The notes under the pieces: generated by a model
Databases searched by the model: none
Told to the model about the DNA's origin: nothing
The model's input: the letters and a program-made list of their open reading frames with translations, nothing else
Assembly (NCBI GenBank): GCA_023412215.1
Contig: JAEYNX010000016.1
Span: forward strand, 15,101-79,100
Direction: 5' to 3'
Length of the DNA stretch: 64,000 nucleotides
Origin: Bacillota bacterium
GTDB taxonomy: Bacteria > Bacillota > Clostridia > Oscillospirales > Ruminococcaceae
Shown here: positions 29,996 through 40,412 of the stretch, one piece after another
How the letters are laid out: each line of letters begins with the position of its first letter
Numbering within the stretch: the stretch's first letter is position 1
Program-made: the position numbers and the translations under genes

Positions 29996-30880
29996 CTAAC
30001 CGCGAAGCAGAACCTTCTGGTTTAACACTTCGAAAAAATCTTTTAATTCTAGGTTTAAAAGCTTTACATAAAGCGACGCCTTTTTAACCGTTACAATATC
30101 GCTGGGGTTTACCTTAACCGCCTCTTCGCCGTCAACGGTCAGGTAGATTTCACTGCCGTTCCTCTCTTGCCCGCCGCTCACGGTAATCACATCCGCCGGG
30201 GAGAAAATGATGGTTCTCGACACCAGCGAATGCGGGCAGATGGGGGTCATGGTGATGCATTCCAAGCTCGGGGAGATCACCGGCCCGCCTGCAGCCATAT
30301 TGTAGGCGGTAGAACCGGTCGGGGTCGAAAGGATGATACCGTCGGCCCGGTAGCTGCTTACGCCTTTGCCGTTGCAGGACACATTTAAATCAATGATCTG
30401 CGCCTTGGCCCCTTTTGAGATGACGGCGTCGTTTAAAGCATAGTAAATCTGCCTGCCATCCTCGGAATGCTTGGTGATCTCGAGCATCATGCGGCTTTCG
30501 GTGGCATAGGAATTGTCTATTATCCTGCTGAAAACGGAAAGTCGGCTCGGCTCGATAAACGACATAAAGCCCAGCCTGCCGACATTTACCCCCACCACCG
30601 GCTTGGAATAAAAAGCCGCACGCTTCGCGGCATGTATAAGCGTGCCATCACCGCCGATGGTTACGACAAAATCGCAGGTATTCATTAAGTTATCAAAGGT
30701 ACCGAATTTGCTGCAGAAGCCTGTAAAGGCAACTTGCTTGTCATTTTCCATGCAAGGGATTATGCCCAATCGGCACAGCTCTTTACACACCTGCCGCGTG
30801 CATTCGGTACTGTTCTGTTTATCAAGGTTAGGGATTATAAACGCTTTGAGTGTATCCATATCGGGCTGATACCCTTTCAC
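29996..30880 (-). CDS. nadK: NAD kinase
   Basis: GGDGTL, GRLGF, ALND, DG...STPTGSTAY; start could be 30859. Confidence 0.95.
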   Translation of the reverse strand: MKGYQPDMDTLKAFIIPNLDKQNSTECTRQVCKELCRLGIIPCMENDKQVAFTGFCSKFGTFDNLMNTCDFVVTIGGDGTLIHAAKRAAFYSKPVVGVNVGRLGFMSFIEPSRLSVFSRIIDNSYATESRMMLEITKHSEDGRQIYYALNDAVISKGAKAQIIDLNVSCNGKGVSSYRADGIILSTPTGSTAYNMAAGGPVISPSLECITMTPICPHSLVSRTIIFSPADVITVSGGQERNGSEIYLTVDGEEAVKVNPSDIVTVKKASLYVKLLNLELKDFFEVLNQKVLLRG

Positions 30881-30904
30881 TGCGGCACAGCCGTATGGCT
30901 TTGC

Positions 30905-31711
30905 CTATAGATTCTCGTGGGATTGCCTTACCAGTGCCGCAAGGTCTATCCCGGACGCAACATCACTCAGACCGGTTTTCCGAAGATGGTACAGGTACTC
31001 GATATTACCCTCCGGCCCCTTAACGGGCGAATAGTCTGCCCCCAGCAGGGAAAACCCGGTTTCCGCGGCAACCGCCGCCACCCTTTGCAGTACCTCAAGG
31101 TGGATCTCCGGCTCACGCACCACGCCTTTTTTGCCGACCTTGCCTTTTCCCGCTTCAAACTGCGGCTTTACAAGGCAGACAAGATCTCCTTGTTTACGTA
31201 GCAGCGAAAAGGCCACCGGCAGTACAAGCGACAGCGAGATGAACGAAACATCGATGCTTGCAAAGTCGATCTCGTCCGGCACCTGCTCATGCGTTACAAA
31301 GCGGATATTGGTTCGCTCCAGATTCACCACGCGTTCATCGGTGCGCAGCTTCCACGCAAGCTGGCCGTAGCCTACATCCACAGCATACACCTTTTGGGCA
31401 CCGTTTTGCAACATACAGTCGGTAAAACCGCCCGTTGAGGCGCCAATATCCATGCAAATATTGCCGTCCAGCGAAAGCTGAAAGCTTGCTACTGCTTTCT
31501 CCAGCTTAAGGCCGCCGCGGCTGACATATTTTAAATCGGAGCCTTTTACGTGAATATCGGCCCCCGCTTTTACCATATCGCCCGGCTTGTCGGCCTTCTG
31601 CCCATCCACAAACACCACGCCGGACATAACCAACGTCTTGGCGCGCTCCCGGCTCTGGGCAAGCCCCAGTTCCACCAGCGCCGCATCCAAACGCACTTTT
31701 CTTTCGCTCAC
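30905..31711 (-). CDS. tlyA: TlyA-family rRNA methyltransferase
   Basis: S4 domain, YVSRGGLKL, DIGASTGGFTD, KPQFE. Confidence 0.95.
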   Translation of the reverse strand: MSERKVRLDAALVELGLAQSRERAKTLVMSGVVFVDGQKADKPGDMVKAGADIHVKGSDLKYVSRGGLKLEKAVASFQLSLDGNICMDIGASTGGFTDCMLQNGAQKVYAVDVGYGQLAWKLRTDERVVNLERTNIRFVTHEQVPDEIDFASIDVSFISLSLVLPVAFSLLRKQGDLVCLVKPQFEAGKGKVGKKGVVREPEIHLEVLQRVAAVAAETGFSLLGADYSPVKGPEGNIEYLYHLRKTGLSDVASGIDLAALVRQSHENL

Positions 31712-33567
31712 CGCAGGCTCTCCCGTCTTACGTATTCGACTATACTGTCGCTGTCCAGTCCCACGCTTTTAATGGCTGAGGGGATGGACGCTTGCGGTAC
31801 AAAGCGGTTATCCACCGCCTGAACGGCATAGCTGCCCTGATAGCCTTGCTGTGTGAGCAGCGTATGAAAATGCTCGGCAACCGAGCCGTTTTGTATGCCC
31901 TCTTCTACAAACAGCACATGCTTATACCCTTTCGCTACCGCAATACTCTCTATGGGGATAGGGGTAATCTTCGTCAGCTTGAGAATATCAAAGGCAAGCC
32001 CGCTTTTGTCTCTCGCTAGCAGCACCTCGCCAAACTCCCTGCCATAAGTAATCACCAAACTATCACTTGCACGCGCATCACGCAGAAGACTGTATTCGAG
32101 CTGAGGCTCTACACGATCGGCAGCTTCACTCTCTGCCCCGCGCGGGTAACGAACCGCTACCACACCCTGCGTATTGTAGATGGCCTCGTGCAGAGTAAGC
32201 GACAGCTCCGCATAAGAGAAGGGAGAAAAGATGGTTACCCCGGGAATCGACGACAGATAGGAAACGTCAAAAAGCCCCTGGTGGGTTTCGCCGTCGTCAC
32301 CCACAATCCCCGCGCGGTCAACCGCAAGCACAATATGCGTTTGCTCAATGGCCGCATCGTGCAGTACCTCATCGTAAGCGCGCTGCAGGAAGGTGGAATA
32401 AACCGCAAAAACAGGCAGTTTTCCGCCTGCCGCAAGGCCCGCGGCAAAGGTGACGCCATGTTCTTCGGCAATACCGACATCAAAGAAACGTTCTTTATAT
32501 TTTTTATAAAAGAAATTAAGCCCGGTTGCGTACTTCATCGCCGCGGTAATCGCACAGATGCGTTCGTCCTCATCCGCAAGCTCAAGCAGGTACTGCCCGA
32601 ACCGGGTGGAGAAGGTATCGCCGTTTGTGGGCGCAACACATTTGCCCGTCAAATCCATATTGGGGATGCCATGATAAGCACCGGGATTCTCCTCCGCGTT
32701 TGCAAAGCCTTTTCCCTTTACAGTATCCACATGAATGATTGTCGGCCCTTTAATGGCCTTCGCCCTTGCGAGGACATTCTTAAGGCTGGCCAGATCGTGC
32801 CCGTCTACCGGGCCCAAATAGGTAAAGCCAAAGGCCTCGAAGTAGTTGCTGTGGTATAAATATTCTTTAAAGGTGGTTTTGAATTTTACCAGCATACGCT
32901 CGACCGGTTCGCCTACCAAGGGGAGGCGGTCTAAGATTCGGTGCGCCCTGTCTTTGGCGTTAAAATAGATGGGGCGCGAACGGATCTTCGCCAGATGCTT
33001 TGCAACTGCCCCCACGTTCTTGGAGATCGACATCTCATTATCGTTTAAGATCACAATGAGGTTTTCGGCAGCCTTGCCGACGTTATTCATCCCTTCAAAC
33101 GTCAGGCCGTTGGTAGTAGCACCGTCGCCCACCACGGCAATTACCTTGCCTGCCTCGCCGCTTAAGCGTTTCGCGGCGGCGATACCACTGGCAGCCGAAA
33201 CGGCATTGCCCGCGTGGCCTGAAATAAACGCGTCGTGAATGCTCTCTTTGGTTTTGGGAAAGCCCGAGATACCGTCCTCCTGCCTCAGGGTAGAAAAACG
33301 CTCGAGCCTGCCGGTCAATATCTTATGCGTGTAGGACTGGTGACCGACATCGAACACCATGCGGTCGGTAGGGGAATCGAAAACAACATGCATTGCGACG
33401 GTAAGCTCCACTACACCTAAATTAGAGGCAAGGTGCCCGCCCGTATGGGAGATGGTATCCATCAACAGCTCGCGTATCTCGCCGCAAAGCTTCGTTAACT
33501 CCTCATTGCTCAGCCGCTTCAGCTCGTCGGGAAGCTTCAGGCTTCGCAGCATACTATCATTATCCAT
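31708..33567 (-). CDS. dxs: 1-deoxy-D-xylulose-5-phosphate synthase
   Basis: GGHLASNLG, DVGHQ, GDG..NDN, DVGIAEEH, DRAG..G.DGETHQG. Confidence 0.97.
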   Translation of the reverse strand: MDNDSMLRSLKLPDELKRLSNEELTKLCGEIRELLMDTISHTGGHLASNLGVVELTVAMHVVFDSPTDRMVFDVGHQSYTHKILTGRLERFSTLRQEDGISGFPKTKESIHDAFISGHAGNAVSAASGIAAAKRLSGEAGKVIAVVGDGATTNGLTFEGMNNVGKAAENLIVILNDNEMSISKNVGAVAKHLAKIRSRPIYFNAKDRAHRILDRLPLVGEPVERMLVKFKTTFKEYLYHSNYFEAFGFTYLGPVDGHDLASLKNVLARAKAIKGPTIIHVDTVKGKGFANAEENPGAYHGIPNMDLTGKCVAPTNGDTFSTRFGQYLLELADEDERICAITAAMKYATGLNFFYKKYKERFFDVGIAEEHGVTFAAGLAAGGKLPVFAVYSTFLQRAYDEVLHDAAIEQTHIVLAVDRAGIVGDDGETHQGLFDVSYLSSIPGVTIFSPFSYAELSLTLHEAIYNTQGVVAVRYPRGAESEAADRVEPQLEYSLLRDARASDSLVITYGREFGEVLLARDKSGLAFDILKLTKITPIPIESIAVAKGYKHVLFVEEGIQNGSVAEHFHTLLTQQGYQGSYAVQAVDNRFVPQASIPSAIKSVGLDSDSIVEYVRRESLR

Positions 33568-33603
33568 TCTACGGGTATTACTCCTTCAGCATGAATATAC
33601 GGT

Positions 33604-34131
33604 TTACCGCATAGGAATGACGAGCGCCATGATAATGCCCAGCAGCGCACCGCCCAATACCTCAAGCGGCGTGTGCCCAAGGTATTCCTTCAGCTTTTTA
33701 AACTGCATATCATCAAGCTTAATAACCTTATTCTTATCGTGTTTATAATGCTTTTTGCCTAAAGCATCTGTTTGTTCTTCGCCTTTTTCTTCGGGTCGCC
33801 GGATGCTTACCACGATCTTGTTGATAATCTTTGCCTGTTCACCCGCCGCGCGACGAACGCCCATGGCATCGTACATAACAACGGCGGCAAACATGATTGC
33901 CAAGGCAAACAAGGGGGAACCGAAGCCTTCCTTTCTTGCCACTGCAAGCGTCATGGAACACACAAGCGCCGAATGAGCACTGGGCATACCGCCCGCGCCC
34001 ACCAGACGCTCGGCCTCAAAGCGCTTGGTTATAAAAAGCGTAAGCAATGTTTTAATAATCTGTGCAGTAATCCAGGAGGATATCGCGCAGGTTAGAATGT
34101 AATTGTTTATCAGTGCGTATATGTCATTCAT
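33604..34131 (-). CDS. Divergent PAP2 family protein (DUF212)
   Basis: GGMPSAHSA, YDAMGVRRAAG, LGHTPLEV. Confidence 0.9.
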   Translation of the reverse strand: MNDIYALINNYILTCAISSWITAQIIKTLLTLFITKRFEAERLVGAGGMPSAHSALVCSMTLAVARKEGFGSPLFALAIMFAAVVMYDAMGVRRAAGEQAKIINKIVVSIRRPEEKGEEQTDALGKKHYKHDKNKVIKLDDMQFKKLKEYLGHTPLEVLGGALLGIIMALVIPMR

Positions 34132-34213
34132 AATGACCCCATTCCGCCGCTCGGCATTGCGGCAAAAGAATAGACGAAACAAATCAAAAATAGAACAGCA
34201 AAAGTTAGACGTT

Positions 34214-35107
34214 TTAATGGGTTCGGTTCGTCAGCGCATCGGTAAACTCTAGGATGAACGTATCAACACACGGGAAGGCCTTGAGCAAGCCTTTTGCTTC
34301 TTCACTCATGCCCTGCGCCATCCGGCGGGCCTGTTCAATACCGTACAGGGTGGCAAAGGTTGTTTTATGGTTGCTCTGGTCGCTGCCGGTTGGTTTGCCC
34401 AGTTCCTTGGCAGACCCAACAATATCAAGTATATCATCAACTATCTGAAACGACAAGCCGATTTTTTCACCGTAGCTGTCCGCAATTTGAATGAGGCTGT
34501 CGTCTGAACCCGCAACAACGCAGCCCATCTGTACGGCAGCACAAATAAGCGCCCCGGTTTTAAGGGTATGGATGGTATCAAGCATTTCAGCCGAAAGCGG
34601 ACTGCCCTCGTTTTGCAGGTCGATGGTCTGCCCGCCAACCATCCCGTTGTATCCGGCGGCCTTTGCAAGGATACCCGCGGATTTGACCGTCCGTTCATAA
34701 GGCACCTTTTCGGGGCTACAGCCGGTTAGAATCGTTTCAAACGCAAGGGTTAACAGCCCGTCCCCCGCAAGCAGGGCGTTGGCCTCGCCGAAGGCAATAT
34801 GGCAGGAAGGCCGTCCCCTGCGCAGGTCGTCGTCGTCCATACAGGGCAGGTCGTCGTGTATCAGGGAGTAGCAGTGCAGCATCTCGATGGCGCACGCGAA
34901 AGGCAGGGCCGCCGAAATGTCGCCGCCGCACAGCCTGCAAAATTCCAACACCAGTACGCCGCGAATGCGCTTTCCGCCCGACATCAGGCTGTAGCGCATA
35001 GCGTCCACCACCGCCTGCTGAGGAACACCCTGCTCGGGCAGGTAGCCGTCCAGTGCGGTATTGATCATTTCTACATAGTCATCTAATCGTTTAGAATAAT
35101 CGTTCAT
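34214..35107 (-). CDS. ispA: Farnesyl diphosphate synthase / geranyltranstransferase
   Basis: GGKRIR, SLIHDDLPCMDDDDLRRG, FQIVDDILD. Confidence 0.95.
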   Translation of the reverse strand: MNDYSKRLDDYVEMINTALDGYLPEQGVPQQAVVDAMRYSLMSGGKRIRGVLVLEFCRLCGGDISAALPFACAIEMLHCYSLIHDDLPCMDDDDLRRGRPSCHIAFGEANALLAGDGLLTLAFETILTGCSPEKVPYERTVKSAGILAKAAGYNGMVGGQTIDLQNEGSPLSAEMLDTIHTLKTGALICAAVQMGCVVAGSDDSLIQIADSYGEKIGLSFQIVDDILDIVGSAKELGKPTGSDQSNHKTTFATLYGIEQARRMAQGMSEEAKGLLKAFPCVDTFILEFTDALTNRTH

Positions 35108-35162
35108 GAATATATCTGCCTTTCAGTACAATAGCCGCTATTAAAAATGCAGGAAAATACTA

Positions 35163-35366
35163 TTAATCATCCGCTTGTGACAGCTCGGTGATTTTAAGCT
35201 CGGCGGCTTTTAGCTTGTTTTGGCAGTCGGCTAACAGTATTGTACCCTGTTCGTAGAGCTTTAATGAGGTTTCTAGGTCGGTTTCGCCGTTTTCAAGGCT
35301 CGTGATGATCCCCTCAAGCGCCGCGAAGGCCTCCTCGATGTTCAACTCTTTTTCCTTCTTACTCAT
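35163..35366 (-). CDS. xseB: Exodeoxyribonuclease VII small subunit
   Basis: EEA...LE.I...LE......LE.SL.LYE.G; follows xseA. Confidence 0.92.
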   Translation of the reverse strand: MSKKEKELNIEEAFAALEGIITSLENGETDLETSLKLYEQGTILLADCQNKLKAAELKITELSQADD

Positions 35367-35393
35367 ATACAAAACCCCTTTGCCGGTAAAAAT

Positions 35394-36599
35394 TCATATT
35401 ACTTTGGCTTCAAACGAGCCGTCCTGCAATCGAATCGTTATTTTCTCTCCCGTTTGTACGGCTGTAGCGCTCTTGATTACGCTTTTGTCTTTGTAAGCCA
35501 CCGCATAACCACGTTGCAGCACCTTCAGCGGGCTGAGCGCGTCCAGCAAGCCTACATAAGCAGACGCACGGCTTTCATAAGCCGTCATTCTCTTCTGCAT
35601 AGCAGTATTCAGCCGTTCCGTGCTCTGCCGCAAGGCTTTCTGATGCTGCTTAAGCCTTGCGACGGGGCTAGCAGCCGTAAGGGCAGCCGAAAGAACATTC
35701 AGACGTTCCGACGATTGGTGCAGTTGTTTTATACAAGAAGCCTGCAGCTGCCTATGATAGGCAAGAAGCCTGTTTTGCAGCTCGGCAAGCTCCGGTACAG
35801 CCAACTCCGCGGCCGCCGACGGGGTAGGAGCCCGCAAGTCCGCCACAAAGTCGGCGATGGTATAATCGGTTTCATGCCCGATGGCGGAGATAACAGGGAT
35901 CGTGCTTTCATAAATGGCTCTGGCAATCCCCTCGTCATTGAAGCAAAAAAGGTCTTCATAGCTGCCGCCGCCGCGCGCAAGGATGATTACATCAATCTCC
36001 GCAAGCCCGTTTACCCTGTGCAACGCGCTTATAACGCTGCGCGGGGCGTCGGCGCCCTGCACCGTTACCGGGCAGAGCAGTACCTCGGCAATGGGGTAAC
36101 GGCGGGAAAGAATGCTGAGGATATCCTGTACCGCGGCCCCGGTTTTGGAGGTGATCACCGCGATACGCCGCGGCAGAAGCGGCAGCGCCTTTTTATGCTC
36201 ATCGGCAAACAAGCCCTCGGCACCCAAGCGTGACTTTAACTGCTCAAAGGCAAGCGCCAGGCTCCCGATTCCCTCGGGCAGCATATCGGTGCAGTAAACC
36301 TGATACTGCCCTTCCCTTTCGTATACCGAAATCTCGCCGCCCACCACCACAGACATGCCGTTTTCGGGCATAAACGGTACGGCGGACGCATGCGTTTTAA
36401 ACATGACGGCGCGGATGGACGACTGGCTGTCTTTGAGCGTAAAGTAAAAATGCCCGGAGGGATAATGGTTTTTAAAGTTGGAAATCTCCCCGCGCACCAT
36501 CACACGGCTGAGGTTCCGGTCACCCTCCAGTATGGATTTTATATAGATATTCACCTGTGTAACCGTCAAAACCCTAGCAGAGCCCATGGCTGCCTCCAT
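35394..36599 (-). CDS. xseA: Exodeoxyribonuclease VII large subunit
   Basis: GEISNF, GHFYFTLKD, RGGGS.EDL, GHETD, APTPSAAAE. Confidence 0.96.
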   Translation of the reverse strand: MEAAMGSARVLTVTQVNIYIKSILEGDRNLSRVMVRGEISNFKNHYPSGHFYFTLKDSQSSIRAVMFKTHASAVPFMPENGMSVVVGGEISVYEREGQYQVYCTDMLPEGIGSLALAFEQLKSRLGAEGLFADEHKKALPLLPRRIAVITSKTGAAVQDILSILSRRYPIAEVLLCPVTVQGADAPRSVISALHRVNGLAEIDVIILARGGGSYEDLFCFNDEGIARAIYESTIPVISAIGHETDYTIADFVADLRAPTPSAAAELAVPELAELQNRLLAYHRQLQASCIKQLHQSSERLNVLSAALTAASPVARLKQHQKALRQSTERLNTAMQKRMTAYESRASAYVGLLDALSPLKVLQRGYAVAYKDKSVIKSATAVQTGEKITIRLQDGSFEAKVI

Positions 36600-36607
36600 A
36601 GTTACGT

Positions 36608-37561
36608 TTAATCATCCTTCTTAAGCTGCCGTGCTTTCAGCGCGGTAAGGATGGCAATGCCGGCGGCATTGTCGCTTGAAAACTCCGGCTGTGCAAATAA
36701 TCCGCCGTATTTTTGCGTAAGATGTGCGCGGATGATGGAGTTTGACATCACGCCGCCCGCGTAGAGTAGCGGCAGGCTGCCGTACTTTGCGAGGGCAAGC
36801 TCCGTCATCTTATCTACCGTCGCCTCGATATAGGCAATGCAGTAGCGCGCGATATCGCACCTTGGAGCACCCTCGTCAAACATCCTTTTGCAGATGTTCT
36901 CAAGCCCCGACAGGCAGCAATCCTGCCCGCGGATGGTAGGGGTTACTTTATACCTCACAGTGCTTTCAAGCGCTAATTCCTCCAGATATCTTCCGGCGGG
37001 AAAGGGTAACCCTAACAGCACCCCTACCCGGTCTACCGCCTGCCCCGCTTTTAAATCAAGGCTTGTACCTATTTCGGTAACCTCAAGCAGATGTTCCCTG
37101 CCCGGCGTTACCAACAGGCAGTCGGTGGTACCGCCTGAAACATGGAACGCGATAAAACGTTCTTTAATTAGATCCAGCCTGTTTACCGAAAAGAGCGCCG
37201 CGACAATGTGCCCCGCCTGATGTGAGAAATCGTAAACGGGTACCCGCAGGGCACTGGCCACCGACACCGCGCTACATTCACCCACCAGAAAACAGGGCAT
37301 GTAAGAGCCGGAAACATCCCTCGGGCGTGCGGAATAACCTACCGCACTGAGAGTTGTACATGAAACAGTTTGAAATAGCTGCTCCATAATGCCCGAAAGC
37401 TGCTTTACATGGCTAAAAACGGCATCACTCTGCTTTAATCCAAGTGTACCTTCTTTTACGGGCAGCAGCTGTTTTTTATGCGTAATGGTACCGGTAATAT
37501 CGTCATAGACGGCTGCGGAGGTGGTATAGTTGCTGGTGTCTATCCCAAGATAGAATGCCAT
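36608..37561 (-). CDS. TsaD/Kae1-like ASKHA protein (clostridial paralog)
   Basis: LGIDTSNYTTS, SYMPCF, HQAGH, HVSGGTT, GGVMSN, SDNA. Confidence 0.8.
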   Translation of the reverse strand: MAFYLGIDTSNYTTSAAVYDDITGTITHKKQLLPVKEGTLGLKQSDAVFSHVKQLSGIMEQLFQTVSCTTLSAVGYSARPRDVSGSYMPCFLVGECSAVSVASALRVPVYDFSHQAGHIVAALFSVNRLDLIKERFIAFHVSGGTTDCLLVTPGREHLLEVTEIGTSLDLKAGQAVDRVGVLLGLPFPAGRYLEELALESTVRYKVTPTIRGQDCCLSGLENICKRMFDEGAPRCDIARYCIAYIEATVDKMTELALAKYGSLPLLYAGGVMSNSIIRAHLTQKYGGLFAQPEFSSDNAAGIAILTALKARQLKKDD

Positions 37562-37568
37562 ACCGCCA

Positions 37569-38048
37569 TTACTCCTCTGTTTTATCCGGAGCCGGTGTTT
37601 CCGTCACTTCTGTTTGCTCCGGTACAGGGCCTGCGGCAGCGGCCTTTTGCTCTGCCTCAAGCTCCTTGGCGGCGGTGCCGAGCACCCCGTTTACGAAGGC
37701 CGAGTCGTCCTCCCCCGCATACTTCTTCGCAACCTCAACCGCCTCATTGATGGAAACACTCACGGGGATATCATTTTCATAGGTCATCTCATAAAGCGCA
37801 AGCCTTAACACCGCAAAAGCCACCTTCGAGATTCGGTTCATCTTCCACTTGGTTGAAAGTCTCTCAATGCGCGCATCAAATTCCTCGAAGTGTTCTACCG
37901 CATGCAGCGCGGCCTCCGCAGCAAAGGGCTCCAGTTTTAGCTCTCTGCTTTTTACGGCAAGGTCGATGATCTCCTGCATGCTTTCAGGACGAAATGATTT
38001 TTCAAATAACAGAATAAACGCCTGTTCCCGGGCTTCTCTACGCGACAT
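37569..38048 (-). CDS. nusB: Transcription antitermination factor NusB
   Basis: RREAREQA, VSINEAVE.AK, FVNGVLG. Confidence 0.95.
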   Translation of the reverse strand: MSRREAREQAFILLFEKSFRPESMQEIIDLAVKSRELKLEPFAAEAALHAVEHFEEFDARIERLSTKWKMNRISKVAFAVLRLALYEMTYENDIPVSVSINEAVEVAKKYAGEDDSAFVNGVLGTAAKELEAEQKAAAAGPVPEQTEVTETPAPDKTEE

Positions 38049-38104
38049 GTTTTGAGCATCCTTTCAGGTATTGTGAAAATCGGTTTTTATCCATAATACA
38101 AAAT

Positions 38105-38131
38105 AAGCCCTCCGCCTTTAAGGAGGGCTTA
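38105..38131 (-). terminator. Terminator after Asp23 gene
   Basis: AAGCCCTCC / GGAGGGCTT with an A run on the left. Confidence 0.7.
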
Positions 38132-38141
38132 CCGGTTCTGC

Positions 38142-38510
38142 TTATTGCTTATCGTCGGCATCATTAAAGATGATAGAAATCACATGCACATTCACCTTTG
38201 AAACCGCAATACCCGTCATGCTCTGCACCGAAGCCTTGACGTTGGACTGTATTTGTTGGGCAACCTCTTGTATCTTGGCGCCAGCCACGAGGTTAACATA
38301 GACGTCAATCACTGCCACATCGTCCCGCACCGAAAGCTTAACCGGCTTGGGAACAACAGGTTTTGAAACCAGCCCTTTAAAGCTTGTGGGCATAGATGCA
38401 AGCTCGGCTACCCCGTTAATCTCTCTGGTTGCGGTGCAGGTAATCTTCGAAATAACATCCTCCGAGATCTTTAAGCTGCCAACGGTATCCTTGATTGTAT
38501 TCTCTTTCAT
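38142..38510 (-). CDS. Asp23/Gls24 family protein (YqhY-like)
   Basis: G.LKISEDVI, IQ..VK..V.SMTG..V..VNVHV; between spoIIIAH and nusB. Confidence 0.92.
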   Translation of the reverse strand: MKENTIKDTVGSLKISEDVISKITCTATREINGVAELASMPTSFKGLVSKPVVPKPVKLSVRDDVAVIDVYVNLVAGAKIQEVAQQIQSNVKASVQSMTGIAVSKVNVHVISIIFNDADDKQ

Positions 38511-38659
38511 GTAAACCTCCGTTTCGCCACCATTACCGGCATAATTGAATTATAATGATGTAATTGAACATCCAACTTATTGTAAGATACAGACAAAAAT
38601 AAAGTGGTATAACACCATTTGCTATAATGGTATTATACCACAAAATGAGAAAGACACAA

Positions 38660-39271
38660 CTATTTTACCGGAATAATCGTGATATTTTCTGCCAGTACAT
38701 CACATTCTTTTATAACAATGTCCTTAATCTGCGCGGCTTCGCTGTTGAGCAGGCCGTCGGTTTTAACCACAATGCTGGCCTTGTCACCGTCTATAAACGC
38801 AATGCAGTCGTCAAAGCCTTTGGCCTTAATCAGGCTCTCGATATTGCTCTCGGCGTCAATGGCGTCGGAAAGGCTCGCCGCCGTCGCAATGGCGATGTTC
38901 TTTTCATCCTCGCTCACCTGTGAGTCTTTTAAGATATCCTGCAAGGTTTCTACCGCTTCATCGCGGCTTTGCTTTTTGTTCAGGCGCGCCTCTATAAAGT
39001 AATCCTCTCCGGCTTCGTTGCTTAAAGCTGCCTGCGCCGCGTCGGTGGCATCGTCGGTAATGCCTGTAATATCGGTAACGTCTACAGCATCCGCGGGTGC
39101 TTCATCCTCATTGGCGACAAACTGCGCCTCGCCGTAGTTCTTGGAAGCCTCCACATCATCTGTTAAGGTCAAGTCCTTGCCTGTTTTGGAGAACTGCCAG
39201 TTTAGATAAATGGCAACCCCCAGCGCCAACACCAGTGTAGCGAGTAATATCTGTCTTTTCCCAAATACCAT
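38660..39271 (-). CDS. spoIIIAH: Stage III sporulation protein AH
   Basis: N-terminal TM with YLNW, YF.EARL, IE.LIKAKGF.D. Confidence 0.9.
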   Translation of the reverse strand: MVFGKRQILLATLVLALGVAIYLNWQFSKTGKDLTLTDDVEASKNYGEAQFVANEDEAPADAVDVTDITGITDDATDAAQAALSNEAGEDYFIEARLNKKQSRDEAVETLQDILKDSQVSEDEKNIAIATAASLSDAIDAESNIESLIKAKGFDDCIAFIDGDKASIVVKTDGLLNSEAAQIKDIVIKECDVLAENITIIPVK

Positions 39272-39296
39272 AAGTACGATTCCTCCCAACCGATAA

Positions 39297-39896
39297 TTAT
39301 TTTTCGTTAGACATTTTTGTGACGCAAACCCTGTTCGACCCTATGTCAAGCGCCGTGGTCACCGCGTCAATAATTCGTGACCGCACTGTCGTATCATCAC
39401 CGCCTTCACATACCACCACAACCCCTTTTATTAGCGGCGCCTTTTGCGTTGTAAGCAGCGCCTGCTTTCCTTCGGAGCCATCTACAAAGATATACTTCTC
39501 CTCGGTACTGTCCTTCTGGGTTGTTTTGGTGCCTTGCCCGTCCTGGGCATCCCTGGTTACGTCCGTATTGCTTTTTTCCTCTTTGGCGTACACATATTCG
39601 GCGCTGCTTTCCAGCGTAACCATTACTTTAGCTTTCCCTACGCCCTCAATGGCTGTAACCATATCGTAGATCTGCTGCTCAATCACCTGATTGCTTTCGG
39701 TAAAGGTGCTGTTACTATCGGTACCAGCTGCCTTCTTTTCCTGCTTGGGGGCGATTATGTCCGAAAGCAGGATGAGAACAATGCCGAGCACCCCGATAAA
39801 AACAATGACCTTTACCTTTTTGTCGCCTTTTAAAAAGTCTAATAGCTTTTCTTTAAAGCCCGCAGCGTTTTGCTTTCCTGACATATCGTCCTCCAC
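39297..39896 (-). CDS. spoIIIAG: Stage III sporulation protein AG
   Basis: IEGVGKAKVMVTL, P.IKGVVVVCEGG; operon order. Confidence 0.9.
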   Translation of the reverse strand: MEDDMSGKQNAAGFKEKLLDFLKGDKKVKVIVFIGVLGIVLILLSDIIAPKQEKKAAGTDSNSTFTESNQVIEQQIYDMVTAIEGVGKAKVMVTLESSAEYVYAKEEKSNTDVTRDAQDGQGTKTTQKDSTEEKYIFVDGSEGKQALLTTQKAPLIKGVVVVCEGGDDTTVRSRIIDAVTTALDIGSNRVCVTKMSNEK

Positions 39897-39900
39897 AAAA

Positions 39901-40383
39901 TCAGGTATCGGATGACTGGGTAAAGGTTATATTCACCCGATTGCCTGTTTTTTGGCTTATATACTCTCTTATCTCCGTTTCACGCGAAATAAATCCGGGC
40001 GGTAAAACAATATCTATCTGACTAATAGATATGCTGGCATTGTCCGCAGTATTATACCTAATTGAAATATTTTCAGCCCCGACGCCAATCTCTTTCAGTA
40101 GGGCATCAACCTTTACTGAAACGGCGCCGGACACCTGTTCATCCACCGTGGTTGTGAGACTATTCTGCACCTGCTGCATCTCCTCTTTGGCATCCTGCGC
40201 AAGCGTCAGGTGAATTTCGGGGAAGTGCAGGATAACCGGTGAGATGATACAGCTTAAAAAGAAGGCCGCTATCACCAGCTTCATGATTTTTTCAAGGCTG
40301 GTGTTGGGGATAAGCAGGTTCATCACGCCGCCGGCGACAGCGGCAACACACAGGGATATTGCCCATACCTTCAGGTCCGCCAT
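39901..40383 (-). CDS. spoIIIAF: Stage III sporulation protein AF
   Basis: Two N-terminal TMs (LLIP...K); operon order. Confidence 0.8.
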   Translation of the reverse strand: MADLKVWAISLCVAAVAGGVMNLLIPNTSLEKIMKLVIAAFFLSCIISPVILHFPEIHLTLAQDAKEEMQQVQNSLTTTVDEQVSGAVSVKVDALLKEIGVGAENISIRYNTADNASISISQIDIVLPPGFISRETEIREYISQKTGNRVNITFTQSSDT

Positions 40384-40412
40384 GAAACGGGCTCACTTCC
40401 TTCTTTTCGGCA

